Assembly: GCA_009773355.1 (NCBI GenBank)
Contig: WRPG01000002.1
Coordinates: 64,391-128,390, forward strand
DNA length: 64,000 nucleotides
From: Limisphaerales bacterium
GTDB taxonomy: Bacteria > Verrucomicrobiota > Verrucomicrobiia > Limisphaerales > SXTU01
Direction: 5' to 3'
The notes under the pieces: generated by a model
The model's database searches: none
Told to the model about the DNA's origin: nothing
The model's input: only the letters and a program-made list of their open reading frames with translations
In this document: positions 1 to 9,943 of the stretch, one piece after another
How the letters are laid out: each line of letters begins with the position of its first letter
Position numbering within the stretch: the first letter of the stretch is position 1
Position numbers and translations under genes: made by a program

Positions 1-1
1 T

Positions 2-2254
2 ACCGGCCTGCCGCCGGCGCCGGAGCAGGTGGCGGCGTTTCTTGCGGACACACGCGCCGACGCCTTTGAGCGCGTGGTGGATGAACTGCTCGCGTCGCCG
101 CGTCACGGCGAGCGCTGGGCGCAGCACTGGCTGGACGTGGTGCGCTACGCGGACACGCACGGCTTCGAGGTCAACACGGAGCGGCCGAACGCCTGGCCTT
201 ACCGCGACTACGTGATCGCCGCCTTCAACCACGACACGCCTTACGACCGGTTCATCCGCGAGCAGATTGTCGGCGACGCGTTGGGGCAGGACGCGGCCAC
301 GGGTTTTCTCGTCACGGCCTCCGTGCTGCTGCCGGGGCAGATCGGCGCGGATGAGCCGTCCAAGCGCCTTGCGCGGCAGGACTCGCTGGACGAGATCGTG
401 ATGAACATCGGGCAGACGTTTCTCGGTTTGAGCGTCGGCTGCGCGCGGTGCCACGACCACAAGTTCGACCCCATCTCGCAGCGCGATTACTACGCGATGC
501 AGGCTTTCGTCGCCGGCGTCGAGTATGGCGACCGCGACTTGCGCACGCCCGAGGCGGAGGCGGCACGCGCGGAGGAGAAGCGGCTCACGGCGCGGGCGGC
601 GGAAGTCGAGCGACAGCTCGCGCGCTTCGTGCCGCTGGCGAAGGCCGGCGGCGAACGTCCGTCCGTGAACGCCCGGATGAACACCGACCGCTTCGCTCCG
701 GTGACGGCCAGGCGCGTGCGCTTCACGGTCAAGGCGACGAACAGCCTAGAGCCGTGCATTGACGAGCTGGAGGTCTTCGACACTGCGGGGACGAACATCG
801 CGCTCGCCAGCGCCGGCGCGACGGTCACGGCCTCCGGCAGCAACGTCTCGGCGAACCGCCACGAGCTGCGCTTCGTCAACGATGGCAGCTACGGGAACTC
901 GCGCAGTTGGATGTCGAACGAGAAGGGCAGGGGATGGGTGGTGGTCGAGTTTCCGCGTGAGCACACGATTGAACGCGTGGTGTGGGGACGCGACCGCGAG
1001 GAGAAGTTCACGGATCGGCTCGCCACGAACTACGTGATTGAGGTGGCCGGCGCGGCGGGCGAGTGGCGGGTCGTGGCGGACGCGACTGACCGCGCGAAGT
1101 TCGAGCCGGGCAAGGTCAAGCCGCCGGTCTTCTCCACGGCGGGCCTGAGTGCGGCGGACGCGGCGGAGGCGACGCGCTTGCAGCAGGAGCGCAAATCCCT
1201 TGAGGCGAAGATCAAATCGCTTGAAGCCGGACAGAAGGCCTTCGCCGGAAAGTTCCGCGCGCCCGACAACATCCGCCTGCTGTATCGTGGCGACCCGGAG
1301 CAGCCCAAGGATGAAGTCGCGCCAGCCGTTCTCAGCACGCTCGGCAAACTTCAACTCCCGAAGGACGCCGCCGAGCAGGCACGACGCGCGGCGCTCGCCG
1401 ACTGGATTGCCAGCCCGCAGAACCCGCTTACCGCGCGCGTGATGGTGAACCGCATCTGGCAGGGGCACTTCGGCACCGGCCTCGTGGAGACGCCTAGCGA
1501 CTTCGGGCGGAACGGCGCGCGACCCTCGCACCCCGAACTGCTCGACTGGCTCGCGTCGGAGTTTTTGCGCTCGGGCTGGTCGGTGAAGCATCTGCACCGG
1601 CTCATTGTGCTGTCGGCGACGTATCGGCAGGGCAGCTCGACTTTCCAAAGTCGAGACTCAGGGGGGCGGGGGAAACTCGACTTTGGAAAGTCGAGCTACG
1701 CGATTGACGCCGACGTGCGCCTGCTCTGGCGCTTCCCCTCACGCCGCTTGGAAGCCGAGACCATCCGAGACGCAATGCTCGCCGTGAGCGGACGGCTGGA
1801 CACGAAGATGTTCGGGCGCGGCTTCAATCTCTTCGCCCAGCGCGGCGGCCTGAGCGGCTTCACGCCGGTTGAGTCTTACAGCGGCGAGGGTCTGCGCCGA
1901 ATGATTTACGCGCACAAGGTCCGTCGCGAGCGCGAGGCGGTGTTCGGCTCCTTCGACTGTCCTGACGCCGGGCAAAGCACCGCGCGCCGTCGCGAGAGCA
2001 CGACGCCCATCCAGGCGCTGAACCTGTTCAACAGCCGGTTCACCCTCGATGAATCCACCGCACTCGCCGCGCGCGTGAAGCAAGATGCCGGCGACGACTT
2101 GGCGAGGCAAATCACCCGCGCCTATCAGCTCGCACTGGGCCGAGCGCCCAACGCCGGCGAGCTGGCCGACGCCGCGCCCGCCGTGCGTGAGCACGGGCTG
2201 GCCACGCTTTGCCGAGCGTTGTTCAACTCGAACGAATTCCTCTTCCTGCCGTGA
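2..2254 (+). CDS. DUF1549/DUF1553 (PSD1-type) protein with central discoidin-like modules; the 5' end runs off the window
   Basis: The frame is open from base 2. DUF1549 signatures: [23 protein letters not shown] and [21 protein letters not shown]1553 signature: [36 protein letters not shown]. Discoidin-like segments: [21 protein letters not shown] and [21 protein letters not shown]. Confidence 0.85.
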   Translation, partial: TGLPPAPEQVAAFLADTRADAFERVVDELLASPRHGERWAQHWLDVVRYADTHGFEVNTERPNAWPYRDYVIAAFNHDTPYDRFIREQIVGDALGQDAATGFLVTASVLLPGQIGADEPSKRLARQDSLDEIVMNIGQTFLGLSVGCARCHDHKFDPISQRDYYAMQAFVAGVEYGDRDLRTPEAEAARAEEKRLTARAAEVERQLARFVPLAKAGGERPSVNARMNTDRFAPVTARRVRFTVKATNSLEPCIDELEVFDTAGTNIALASAGATVTASGSNVSANRHELRFVNDGSYGNSRSWMSNEKGRGWVVVEFPREHTIERVVWGRDREEKFTDRLATNYVIEVAGAAGEWRVVADATDRAKFEPGKVKPPVFSTAGLSAADAAEATRLQQERKSLEAKIKSLEAGQKAFAGKFRAPDNIRLLYRGDPEQPKDEVAPAVLSTLGKLQLPKDAAEQARRAALADWIASPQNPLTARVMVNRIWQGHFGTGLVETPSDFGRNGARPSHPELLDWLASEFLRSGWSVKHLHRLIVLSATYRQGSSTFQSRDSGGRGKLDFGKSSYAIDADVRLLWRFPSRRLEAETIRDAMLAVSGRLDTKMFGRGFNLFAQRGGLSGFTPVESYSGEGLRRMIYAHKVRREREAVFGSFDCPDAGQSTARRRESTTPIQALNLFNSRFTLDESTALAARVKQDAGDDLARQITRAYQLALGRAPNAGELADAAPAVREHGLATLCRALFNSNEFLFLP
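1634..1697. repeat. REP/MITE-like double palindrome inserted in frame inside the DUF1553 CDS
   Basis: AGCTCGACTTTCCAAAGTCGAGAC (1634-1657) and AACTCGACTTTGGAAAGTCGAGCT (1675-1697). The 20-nt cores are exact reverse complements. The same architecture recurs intergenically at 44464-44539. Confidence 0.7.
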
Positions 2255-3723
2255 GCCACAACGCCGAACGCCTTTCGCCCGCAGGCCGACACCTGCTCGA
2301 CCGCCGGAGTTTCCTCGGCCAGTCCGGCACCGCGCTGGGTTCCATCGCGCTGGCGAATTTGCTCGGACGGGATGGCTTGCTTGCTGTGCAATCTCCGGTG
2401 ATCGACCCCGCGCGTCCGTTCGCGCCGCGCCTGTCGCACTTCCCGGCGAAGGCGAAAAATGTGGTCATGATCTTCTGCGCGGGTGCGGTGAGCCAGTTGG
2501 AGACGTGGGATTACAAGCCCGAGCTGATCAAGCGCCACGACCAGCCGTTGGCGGGCGGCCCGGCGGTGACGTTCCAAGGGCCGGCGGGCAACCTCGCGCG
2601 GCCGCAGTATGAGTTCCGCCCGCGTGGCCAGACCGGCAAGTGGGTCTCGGACATGATCCCGTATCTTGCCGGGCTGACGGACGAAATCGCCTTCATCCAC
2701 TCGCTTACGAGCAACAGCAACACGCACGGGCCGGCGGAGAATTTCCTCTCCACGGGCAACGTGCTCGACGGCTTCCCCAGCGTCGGTTCATGGGTGAGCT
2801 ACGCGCTGGGCAGCGAGAGCCAGGACTTGCCGGCCTACATCGCCATTCCCGATCCGCGCGGCGTGCCGCAGGCCGGTTCGAACAACTGGGGGCCGGGTTT
2901 CCTCCCCGCCGTTTTCCAAGGCACGCCGATGAGCGCGAAGGAGCCGGTGCGCCATCTCACGCCGCCAGCGGGCGTCACGAAGGCCGGCGACGACGCGGCG
3001 CGCTCGCTCTTGCAGCGCATGAACGCGCGCCACCTCGCGCAGAACCCCGGCGACGGCAAGCTCGCCGCGCGCATCGCCAGTTATGAACTTGCCGCGCGGA
3101 TGCAGCTTTCCGTGCCGGAGATCAGCGACCTCTCCACCGAGCCGGCGCACATCCTGAAGCTCTACGGCGCGGACGACGCGACGAATCCGAACAAGGCCGG
3201 TTTCGCGCGCAACTGCATCCTGGCGCGGCGGATGATCGAGCGCGGCGTGCGCTTCGTGCAGCTTTTCAACGGTGCTTACGCCAGCGGCGGCGAGCTGAAC
3301 TGGGACGGCCACAGCAAGCTCAAGGAGCAATACGACAAGCACGCCGCCATCCTCGACCAACCCGCCGCCGCGCTCATCCGCGACCTGCGCCAGCGTGGGC
3401 TGCTGGAGGACACGCTGGTGGTCTGGTGCACGGAGTTTGGCCGGATGCCGTTCTTTCAAAAGGGCGCGCAGGGACGCGATCATAACCCCGACGGCTTCAC
3501 CTGCTGGCTCACGGGCGCGGGCGTGAAACCCGGCGTCAGCCACGGTGTCACGGACGAGCTGGGCCAGCGGGCCGTCGCAGACATCCACCCGCTCTACGAC
3601 TTCAACGCGACGATCCTCCACCTGCTCGGCCTGAACCACGAGCGCCTCACCTTCGAGCACAACGGCATCCAGCGCCGGCTGACGAACGTCGAGGGGAACG
3701 TGATCCGCGAAGTGCTGGCCTGA
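2251..3723 (+). CDS. DUF1501 domain protein (sulfatase-like, Tat-exported)
   Basis: Tat motif [18 protein letters not shown]1501 core motifs [10 protein letters not shown] and [12 protein letters not shown] at 2251 overlaps the upstream stop (GTGA); the track start at 2209 lies inside the upstream CDS. This is the classic DUF1553/DUF1501 pair. Confidence 0.85.
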   Translation: MSHNAERLSPAGRHLLDRRSFLGQSGTALGSIALANLLGRDGLLAVQSPVIDPARPFAPRLSHFPAKAKNVVMIFCAGAVSQLETWDYKPELIKRHDQPLAGGPAVTFQGPAGNLARPQYEFRPRGQTGKWVSDMIPYLAGLTDEIAFIHSLTSNSNTHGPAENFLSTGNVLDGFPSVGSWVSYALGSESQDLPAYIAIPDPRGVPQAGSNNWGPGFLPAVFQGTPMSAKEPVRHLTPPAGVTKAGDDAARSLLQRMNARHLAQNPGDGKLAARIASYELAARMQLSVPEISDLSTEPAHILKLYGADDATNPNKAGFARNCILARRMIERGVRFVQLFNGAYASGGELNWDGHSKLKEQYDKHAAILDQPAAALIRDLRQRGLLEDTLVVWCTEFGRMPFFQKGAQGRDHNPDGFTCWLTGAGVKPGVSHGVTDELGQRAVADIHPLYDFNATILHLLGLNHERLTFEHNGIQRRLTNVEGNVIREVLA

Positions 3724-3742
3724 GCAAGGAAGGAGGACGTTC

Positions 3743-5437
3743 TTACGGTGTCGGTGCCGCCCCATGCCTCAGCACGCGTCCAGGTCGCGCGCCGGTATGT
3801 CGGTTGCGGTCGAGGACGAGCTGGCCGTTGACGAGGACGTATTCGATGCCCTCGCTGTAGTGGAACGGCTCGGTGTAGGTGGCGCGGTCCTTCACCCGCG
3901 CCGGGTCAAAGATGGTGATGTCCGCCCGCCAGCCGGGCAGGAGCAGGCCACGGTCGCGCAGGCCGAGCTTGGCGGCGTTGAGCGAGGTCATCTTGCGCAC
4001 GGCGTCCTCCAGCCGGAGCAGCCCACGATCGCGGACATACTCGCCGAGCACGCGCGGGAAGGTGCCGAAGTTGCGCGGGTGCGGATGGCCGCGCCGGAGG
4101 AGTCCTTCGACGGCGAAGGCCGAACCATCAGAGCCGACCGAACACCACGGCTGGACGAGCGCGAGGTTCATGTCGGCCTCGGTGTGGTGCGCATAGACGG
4201 TGCTCACGGAACCGTCATGCTCGATGAGCAGGTCGAAGAGGAGATCGAGCGGGTCGGGCTTGGGCGTCTTGCCCTCGCTCCTGAGCGCGAGGACGCGATC
4301 CATGGTCATGCCCCGGTAGGCGTTGTTGGCGCTGACAAGCATCCGGCTCCAGTCGCCGCCGACGGCGGTGTAGTGATTATACCAGCCGCTCAAGCCTTGA
4401 GTGATGTCGCGCTTGAGGCGCTGGCGCTGGGCGGGGTCTTTGAGACGCGCGACGAGCTGCGAAGTGCCGCCCTCGTGCGCCCAGGGCGGGATGATGCTGG
4501 CGAGGTTGTTGTTGCCGCGCGTGTAGGGATAGACGTTGGCCTGCACATTCACGCCGCGCGTCCGCGCGGCTTCGATGAGCGCGATCACTTCGCGCATCCG
4601 GCCCCAGTATTTCTCGTCGGCAATCTTCAGGTGGATGATGTCCACGGGGAGGCCGGCGCGCTCGCCGATTTCGATGGCCTGCTTCACGGAGTCGAAGACG
4701 CCCAGCCCTTCGTCTCGGATGTGCGTGGAGTAAATCCCGCCGTGCTGCTTCACCACACGGCAGAGCTCGACCAGATCATCCGTCGTGGCGAGCGAACCCG
4801 GCGGCATCATCAGCGCGGTCGAAAGGCCGAACGCGCCGTCGGACATGGCCTCCGCCACGAGGTCCTTCATGCGCTGCAACTCGGCCGTGCTTGGCCGGTC
4901 GAACGCCGCGCCCATCACGCATTGCCAGATGTTGCCCGCGCCGACGTAGGACGCGACGTTCACCGACACGCCCGAGCTTTCGACCGCCCTGAAGTAGTCC
5001 CCGAGCGTGCGGATTTGCGTCGCCTGGTTCCGCACGGAGACGGGTCGCGCGGCGGCCTTGCCCTTGAACGGTCCCGCCGAGCCGCCTTCGCCCAGGACTT
5101 CGGTGGTGACGCCCTGCCGGATTTTTCCCTGTGCGTTGCCGTCTTCCAGCAGCAGCCAGTCCGAGTGCGAGTGGATGTCAATGAAGCCGGGAGCCACGAC
5201 CAGCCCGCGCGCGTCCAACTCGCGCTTCCCGCTACCGGCCACGGTGCCCACCGCCGTGATGCGGTCGCCGGTGATGGCAAGGTCGCCGAAGAACCACGGG
5301 TTGCCCGAGCCGTCGGTGATTTTCCCGTGGCGGATGACGAGGTCGTGCTGCGGTGTCGCCGCAGGGCAGGGGAGGGCGGGCGTGAGCGCGGCGAGGGCGA
5401 CGCACAGCAGGGAAACGAGGCTGGACGAACGCGGCAT
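3743..5437 (-). CDS. N-acyl-D-amino-acid deacylase (D-aminoacylase) family amidohydrolase, secreted
   Basis: Signal peptide MPRSSSLVSLLCVALAALTPALP. Metal-binding motif GFIDIHSHSD. Family-typical ITDGSGNPWF..GDLAITGDRI and a C-terminal ADITIFDP motif. ATG at 5437 is preferred over the GTG at 5461. Confidence 0.8.
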   Translation of the reverse strand: MPRSSSLVSLLCVALAALTPALPCPAATPQHDLVIRHGKITDGSGNPWFFGDLAITGDRITAVGTVAGSGKRELDARGLVVAPGFIDIHSHSDWLLLEDGNAQGKIRQGVTTEVLGEGGSAGPFKGKAAARPVSVRNQATQIRTLGDYFRAVESSGVSVNVASYVGAGNIWQCVMGAAFDRPSTAELQRMKDLVAEAMSDGAFGLSTALMMPPGSLATTDDLVELCRVVKQHGGIYSTHIRDEGLGVFDSVKQAIEIGERAGLPVDIIHLKIADEKYWGRMREVIALIEAARTRGVNVQANVYPYTRGNNNLASIIPPWAHEGGTSQLVARLKDPAQRQRLKRDITQGLSGWYNHYTAVGGDWSRMLVSANNAYRGMTMDRVLALRSEGKTPKPDPLDLLFDLLIEHDGSVSTVYAHHTEADMNLALVQPWCSVGSDGSAFAVEGLLRRGHPHPRNFGTFPRVLGEYVRDRGLLRLEDAVRKMTSLNAAKLGLRDRGLLLPGWRADITIFDPARVKDRATYTEPFHYSEGIEYVLVNGQLVLDRNRHTGARPGRVLRHGAAPTP

Positions 5438-5530
5438 GGGAAAGGGCTTGTGATTCCCCACAGGCTAGGCAAAGCCGTCCACGCCGCCAGCCTGAACTTG
5501 CACGTGCGGGCGCCGCCCCGCATCCGGCGG

Positions 5531-5746
5531 CTACTTCCGCAGCAGAACAGCCTTCTTGGCCTTCAGGTGCTTCGTCAGCACTTCCTTGTTTCCGAGCGAG
5601 GAAGGCCCCCGGACGGCGTCGCCCTTGAGGAGCTTGTAATTGACCAGCGTCTTGCCCACCTGCCCGATGTGACAGGTCACACCTTCCATCTGCCAGACTT
5701 GGCCGGCTTCAATGGCCGGTTGGGAAATACGCTTTTTAGGTTTCAT
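5531..5746 (-). CDS. hypothetical small basic protein
   Basis: ORF with an internal ATG (MKPKKRISQPAIEAGQVWQMEG..). No recognisable motif. Confidence 0.4.
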   Translation of the reverse strand: MKPKKRISQPAIEAGQVWQMEGVTCHIGQVGKTLVNYKLLKGDAVRGPSSLGNKEVLTKHLKAKKAVLLRK

Positions 5747-5836
5747 CGCGGTTTTTGACGGAGCACAGGGCCGGCTCTTCAATGCCCGATTGGCCGGGAC
5801 TTGTAAAGCCTGCGTCACCGCCTATCCTCGGGCCGA

Positions 5837-6175
5837 ATGAAATCAGACATCGCCAAGTTCGTCGCCCTCCGCAACTCCCTGCTCCAGGAACGCGCCCGTA
5901 TTCAAGCCCGCCTCGCCGAGATTGGCCGGGCGCTTGGCGCGAGCGCGCCCGCCGCCTCGGTGGCTGCCACACCGACGGGCAGGCGCACTTTCAGCGCCGC
6001 CACGAAGGCGAAGATGGCCGCTGCCCAAAAGGCGCGGTGGGCCAAGCGGAAAGGCGGAACCCCGGCTCCGGCCGCCGCTCCAAAGAAGGCCAAGCGCAAG
6101 TTGAGCGCCGCCGGCCGGGCCGCCATCGTCGCCGCTGCGAAGGCGCGGTGGGCGAAGGTCAAGGCCGGCAAGTAG
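5837..6175 (+). CDS. small basic coiled-coil protein with two ..AAxKARWAK.K repeats (candidate nucleoid-associated protein)
   Basis: 112 aa, Lys/Arg/Ala-rich. By eye it looks more than half identical to the island ORF at 12113-12472 (I did not compute an alignment). Shared blocks include ALRN.L..E.A.I.ARL, GRR.FS.ATKAKM.AAQ.ARWAK and GRAAI.AAAKARWAKVKA. Confidence 0.6.
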   Translation: MKSDIAKFVALRNSLLQERARIQARLAEIGRALGASAPAASVAATPTGRRTFSAATKAKMAAAQKARWAKRKGGTPAPAAAPKKAKRKLSAAGRAAIVAAAKARWAKVKAGK

Positions 6176-6217
6176 CCATCCGTTGGCTGTGCCGTGGTTG
6201 GCGGTGCTTCAGCCCGT

Positions 6218-7132
6218 TCAGGGCTGAACTCCTTGGATGACCACTTCAAGAAACTCCCGCGCGCGTTTCGCCAGCGCGTCCACCCCGGCCGGCTCCGTCG
6301 GGCGCGGCACCACCGGCGCGAAAATGTTTTCGCAGCAGAGCGGCATCCTGAGTCCCGTGAAGGCCACCGGCGCGAGCAGCTTGTAGTGGTCAATCTCCCC
6401 GAAGCCCGGGCCGCAGTCCTCGTCCTTGGGGAAGTTGCGGTGGTCCTTGATGCAGAAGCTGCGCACCTCGGACGCGCACAGCTTGATGTCGGGAATCGGG
6501 TCGAGGTCGAGGTAATCCATCACGTTCCCCGCGTCGTAGTTCACCTTCACGCCGGCGTCGTTGACTTCGCGGGTGATGGCCGCGCACGCCGCGCCGGTGC
6601 CGGTCTCGCCGCCGTGCTGCTTCACGACGAGCAGCACGCCGAGGTCGCGCGCGATGGGGCCGAGCTGCTTGAACCGTTCGACCCACAACTCCCGGTTGCC
6701 GCCCTTCGTGTGGCCGAACGTGAGCACCTGCGGCACGCGCGCCGCGCCCGACTGCCGCAGCCGTTGCGTGAGAACTTCCAGCGCGTTCGCCGCTTCCGGG
6801 TAAATCGTCGAGAACATCATCAGCGGTTCGAGGCCGAGGTCGCGGCAGCGCGCGGCGAGTTCCTTCGCGCGCTCGGGCGGCGCGTCCGGCGCGAGGACGG
6901 GCACGGGTTTGCCGCCGTCCTCCTTGTGCGTCGTGCCCCACGCGACGTGGCGGTAGCCGGCGGACTGGATGCCCGTGAGCGCGCGTTGCAACGGGAACTG
7001 CGACCACGGCAGCGTCATGCAGGCGATTTGGAACTCCGTCTTGCGCTGCGGCTCGGCGGCGGCCCCGGCCAGCGCGGGCAACGTCGCCAGGCAGGACGCG
7101 AGGAACTGGCGGCGGGGGATTCCGGTGTTCAT
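6218..7132 (-). CDS. sugar phosphate isomerase/epimerase (xylose-isomerase-like TIM barrel), Tat signal
   Basis: Start MNTGIPRRQFLASCLATLPALAGAAA (Tat). The TIM-barrel family pattern is present throughout. The track start at 7279 is an upstream extension. Confidence 0.75.
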   Translation of the reverse strand: MNTGIPRRQFLASCLATLPALAGAAAEPQRKTEFQIACMTLPWSQFPLQRALTGIQSAGYRHVAWGTTHKEDGGKPVPVLAPDAPPERAKELAARCRDLGLEPLMMFSTIYPEAANALEVLTQRLRQSGAARVPQVLTFGHTKGGNRELWVERFKQLGPIARDLGVLLVVKQHGGETGTGAACAAITREVNDAGVKVNYDAGNVMDYLDLDPIPDIKLCASEVRSFCIKDHRNFPKDEDCGPGFGEIDHYKLLAPVAFTGLRMPLCCENIFAPVVPRPTEPAGVDALAKRAREFLEVVIQGVQP

Positions 7133-7339
7133 GCCCTGACTTGCACCACAACCGCCCGGCAAACGCAAGCCGCCCAGCACGCCGCGCTGCTCGTCACTCT
7201 TCCCGATTCCACCTTCTACCCCGACCCGCAGCACAAATGGGACGGCGCGAGTCTTGACTAGCCGCCCGCAGCCACTCATCTTGCGACTGTCCCATCAAGC
7301 CAGCGACTCGCATCATCGCATCACTCACCCATTCCCTTT

Positions 7340-7792
7340 ATGGACTCCACCCCCGTCCCCACTCCGTCACCCTTCACCAAGTCGAACTTGAAGTTGGGCG
7401 CCATCCTAGCTCTGGTCGTCCTCATCATCGCGGTCGCCGTCCCCACGATTCTCCCGCCCCGCTGGAAACCTGATTTGGTGGTTAAGAACACGGGCACCAA
7501 CGCCGTGACGATTGCGTTCAAGGGCGGAACCTTCGTGACGCCGCCCGGCGAGAGCTGGCGCAACTTCTTCTTCGCGGGCGACACCCTCACCGTCCGCGTC
7601 GGGCAGGCGGCGGACGCCCCTGCGCAAACCCTCAAGCTGCCGGAGCGCAACCCCAAACCGTGGTCGCTCCACCCCATCGTGCAACGCTGGACCGCCGAGG
7701 TCAACGCGGACGACCCCAAGAACATCCGCTTCGAGAACCGCCGCTGGGAGGAAATCACGATCCCTCAGCGACCATCGCAGCCGTGGCCGTGA
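7340..7792 (+). CDS. hypothetical membrane-anchored protein
   Basis: N-terminal hydrophobic helix LGAILALVVLIIAVAVPTIL. GC-rich codon usage like the host. Confidence 0.5.
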   Translation: MDSTPVPTPSPFTKSNLKLGAILALVVLIIAVAVPTILPPRWKPDLVVKNTGTNAVTIAFKGGTFVTPPGESWRNFFFAGDTLTVRVGQAADAPAQTLKLPERNPKPWSLHPIVQRWTAEVNADDPKNIRFENRRWEEITIPQRPSQPWP

Positions 7793-7818
7793 GGTTTTGA
7801 GAACCCTTTGCCCCACCT

Positions 7819-8112
7819 ATGAGCATCGGACTACTGGTTCCCCTCAGCCTCGCAATACTGGGGATTGCCGTCGCCCTCATGCTGGCGACGCGCAGCCGGG
7901 TGACGCGCCTCTGCGCCGCGCTCGCGTTGGGCGGCGTCTTTCTGTTCTGCATTTTCGGGTTCATGGCCTCGTTCGAGCCAGCCGCGACCACACGATTGCC
8001 GTGGAAGGTGGGCTACGCTGCCCTTGGGTTCGGCTGCCTGACCGGAGCCGTTCTGCTCCTGCGGCAACCGTCGCAGAGTCATCAAGATGGCGAAGAGCCA
8101 CCGTCGAGTTGA
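7819..8112 (+). CDS. hypothetical small membrane protein (about 3 TM)
   Basis: Three hydrophobic segments. Host-like composition. Last host-like gene before the compositional break. Confidence 0.5.
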   Translation: MSIGLLVPLSLAILGIAVALMLATRSRVTRLCAALALGGVFLFCIFGFMASFEPAATTRLPWKVGYAALGFGCLTGAVLLLRQPSQSHQDGEEPPSS

Positions 8113-8334
8113 CCCCACCTCGGCCTGTGCCTCCAGGCGAGAGCCAAGCCCGGCCCGTGAACCCGCGTGCGGCTTCCCCACCGAGCACACGCACGGCTCC
8201 ACAAGCGGGCGGCGGAGCGCCTCCCCTCTCCCAGCGGGAGAGTAGCCCTGCTGGGTATTGCACAACGGCGCATTTGCATACAATTCAGCCATAAATTGAG
8301 CAGACGTAGCCAACCTAACTCGTTGCCAGAGAGC

Positions 8335-8547
8335 ATGCAATCAATGGCAGATTGGATTTCCGTCAAACGGCGGGAGCACAACTTGAGGCCCTGTGATCTG
8401 GCCGCGAAAATGGGTATTGCATCGGCCCTGATTCTTTCTTGGGAAAGTGGCAAAAGCCAGCCCGACCGCAAACAGCTTCAAGATTTGGAAAACTGTTTGG
8501 GATTGGGTTCACAAAACTGCTTAATCAACCCTCCCTCGCCGGAGTAA
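8335..8547 (+). CDS. XRE-family helix-turn-helix protein
   Basis: MQSMADWISVKRREHNLRPCDLAAKMGIASALILSWESGKSQP is a typical HTH_3 pattern. Internal ATG of track ORF 8167-8547. Confidence 0.6.
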   Translation: MQSMADWISVKRREHNLRPCDLAAKMGIASALILSWESGKSQPDRKQLQDLENCLGLGSQNCLINPPSPE

Positions 8548-8587
8548 CCGTGTCAAAATCCACTTGAGCGGTTCCTATTCCGCAGCC

Positions 8588-9103
8588 TTAGACCGGCTTT
8601 GCATTTTTCAGCCGGAGCACCAGCGCCAGCGCCACAGCGTCAAATATATCCATCTGGTAATGCTCGCTCATCCACGGTTTGCGTTTCGGTGGCAGACGGG
8701 AACCGAGTTCTTCGGGAAACCGCTGGGCGAGAATTTCTGCGATGGCGTGTTTGGTCCCCTGACCGTCGGCAAAAAAGGCCGCCCGCACCTGCTCTTGGGA
8801 AAATACTTTCACGCTGACCTTGTGCGTTGCGGCCAGAGCGATGATTTTCCGACTCAGCGCCTTGATGCGCGGAGCTCGCCGGGAATCCTTGGTTGAAGTG
8901 TCTTCCAGCACCAGCACTCCCGGCTGGTATTGAGTGATCAGCTCTTTCACCTTGGCGAGTGAATTGGCGTTCTTGTTCCCCGTGACCGACTTCACACCCC
9001 AATCCACCAGCGTGTCCCGTCCTTCAAGGACGGCAAATCCGACACCTTTCGTCGAGGGCGCAACGGCTAAAATGCGATGATGTTTTGATTGAGTTTCGTT
9101 CAT
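8588..9103 (-). CDS. RuvC-like (RNase H fold) protein
   Basis: RILAVAPSTKGVGFAVLEG..YQPGVLVLED..KVFSQEQVRAAF..GTKH..MDIFDAVALAL follows the RuvC motif order. The first catalytic Asp position reads Ala. Confidence 0.45.
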   Translation of the reverse strand: MNETQSKHHRILAVAPSTKGVGFAVLEGRDTLVDWGVKSVTGNKNANSLAKVKELITQYQPGVLVLEDTSTKDSRRAPRIKALSRKIIALAATHKVSVKVFSQEQVRAAFFADGQGTKHAIAEILAQRFPEELGSRLPPKRKPWMSEHYQMDIFDAVALALVLRLKNAKPV

Positions 9104-9105
9104 GG

Positions 9106-9429
9106 TTAGTTGAGCGATTTATTGGCAATGTTGTTAAAGATTTGGCGTTTGAGTGTTCCCTGATCCGTTCTCTCGGCCAGTGTCTTGGCCCGCTCCGTAA
9201 CTTCCTGTTCCACTTTCTGATAGAGGCCGCCAAATAGTTCACTGGTGGATCTCTGGAAAATCATCTCAAACGCCAGGGCGGTTTCCAGACTCGGTTCGCG
9301 GGCGAACCGCTCATACCGGCTCACCTTGGCACCGGACTGTGTGCCCAAAAGGAACGCCACCTCGTCTTGCGACAGGGACAGGCGTTTTCGATGGGATCGC
9401 AGATAATTTGGAAGTTGGGACGAAATCAT
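9106..9429 (-). CDS. XRE-family helix-turn-helix regulator
   Basis: LRSHRKRLSLSQDEVAFLLGTQSGAKVSRYERFAREPSLETALAFEMIF. It lies 3 nt upstream of the RuvC-like gene (operon). A GTG at 9444 is an alternative start. Confidence 0.65.
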   Translation of the reverse strand: MISSQLPNYLRSHRKRLSLSQDEVAFLLGTQSGAKVSRYERFAREPSLETALAFEMIFQRSTSELFGGLYQKVEQEVTERAKTLAERTDQGTLKRQIFNNIANKSLN

Positions 9430-9506
9430 GTGATTGAAGCGCACGAACTCCGGGCGAGTTCAGACTCACAGTATCGGAATGGGGAAATTGCCCAAGACGT
9501 GAACCT

Positions 9507-9522
9507 TTGCCGGAAGCGGCAA
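9507..9522. promoter_or_regulatory. TTGCCG-N4-CGGCAA palindrome (candidate operator) in a divergent intergenic region
   Basis: Perfect TTGCCGGAAGCGGCAA, 78 nt upstream of the ATG at 9429 (minus strand) and 157 nt upstream of 9679 (plus strand). Confidence 0.4.
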
Positions 9523-9678
9523 CTTTTCACTTAAAAACCGAGCCTCGAATGCTCGGTTGGAGTGGCGATATCAAAGCACACAATTCGTTCTTCGTCAAAT
9601 GCAGTGGCGGTGAACTTGCCGGATGGGGCAAACCTGCCCCTCTTTTTCCATCCCTCCTGCGCCGATAGAGTGGACGGC

Positions 9679-9849
9679 ATGAAAACACCAAACCAATTGA
9701 GCCGGGAGGCCATCGACGAGTTCAAAACCATTTACCAGGAGGAATTTGGCAAGTGTCTGACCGACGATGAAGTTCAGGAAATCGCCCTGCGCTTGCTGCG
9801 CTTCTTCGGGATTCTGAATGGGTCAATTCCCGACGAAACCGTGGATTAG
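9679..9849 (+). CDS. hypothetical small protein
   Basis: MKTPNQLSREAIDEFKTIYQEEFGKCLTDDEVQEIALRLLRFFGIL. Sits directly upstream of the recombinase gene. Confidence 0.4.
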   Translation: MKTPNQLSREAIDEFKTIYQEEFGKCLTDDEVQEIALRLLRFFGILNGSIPDETVD

Positions 9850-9943
9850 ACTGTCCGCGCCCACGTTGACGGGAAGTTTTTGGCGCGTTAACATGAGTCT
9901 GCAATCGGTTTCCCGTTTCCCCCCTCGTTAATCACCCCACTTC

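Noticed and set aside
3764-5758. Very long ORFs antisense or out of frame to annotated genes: 3764-5758 (+), 46253-47635 (+), 47639-48898 (-), 50417-52006 (-), 59052-60590 (-), 62066-63469 (-), 38154-39383 (-), 42502-43782 (-), 28690-29742 (-) and 9974-10978 (-).
   Set aside because: Their translations are Arg/Ala/Gly/His-rich and low-complexity with no motifs. The opposite-strand or alternative-frame products carry clear family signatures. This is the usual stop-codon depletion of high-GC DNA.
8112-8335. tRNA or tmRNA gene as the integration target at the island borders (also checked at 44100-44880).
   Set aside because: No cloverleaf-compatible sequence, T-loop (GTTCRANYC) or CCA-proximal acceptor pairing was found on either side. 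Serine recombinases do not require tRNA targets.
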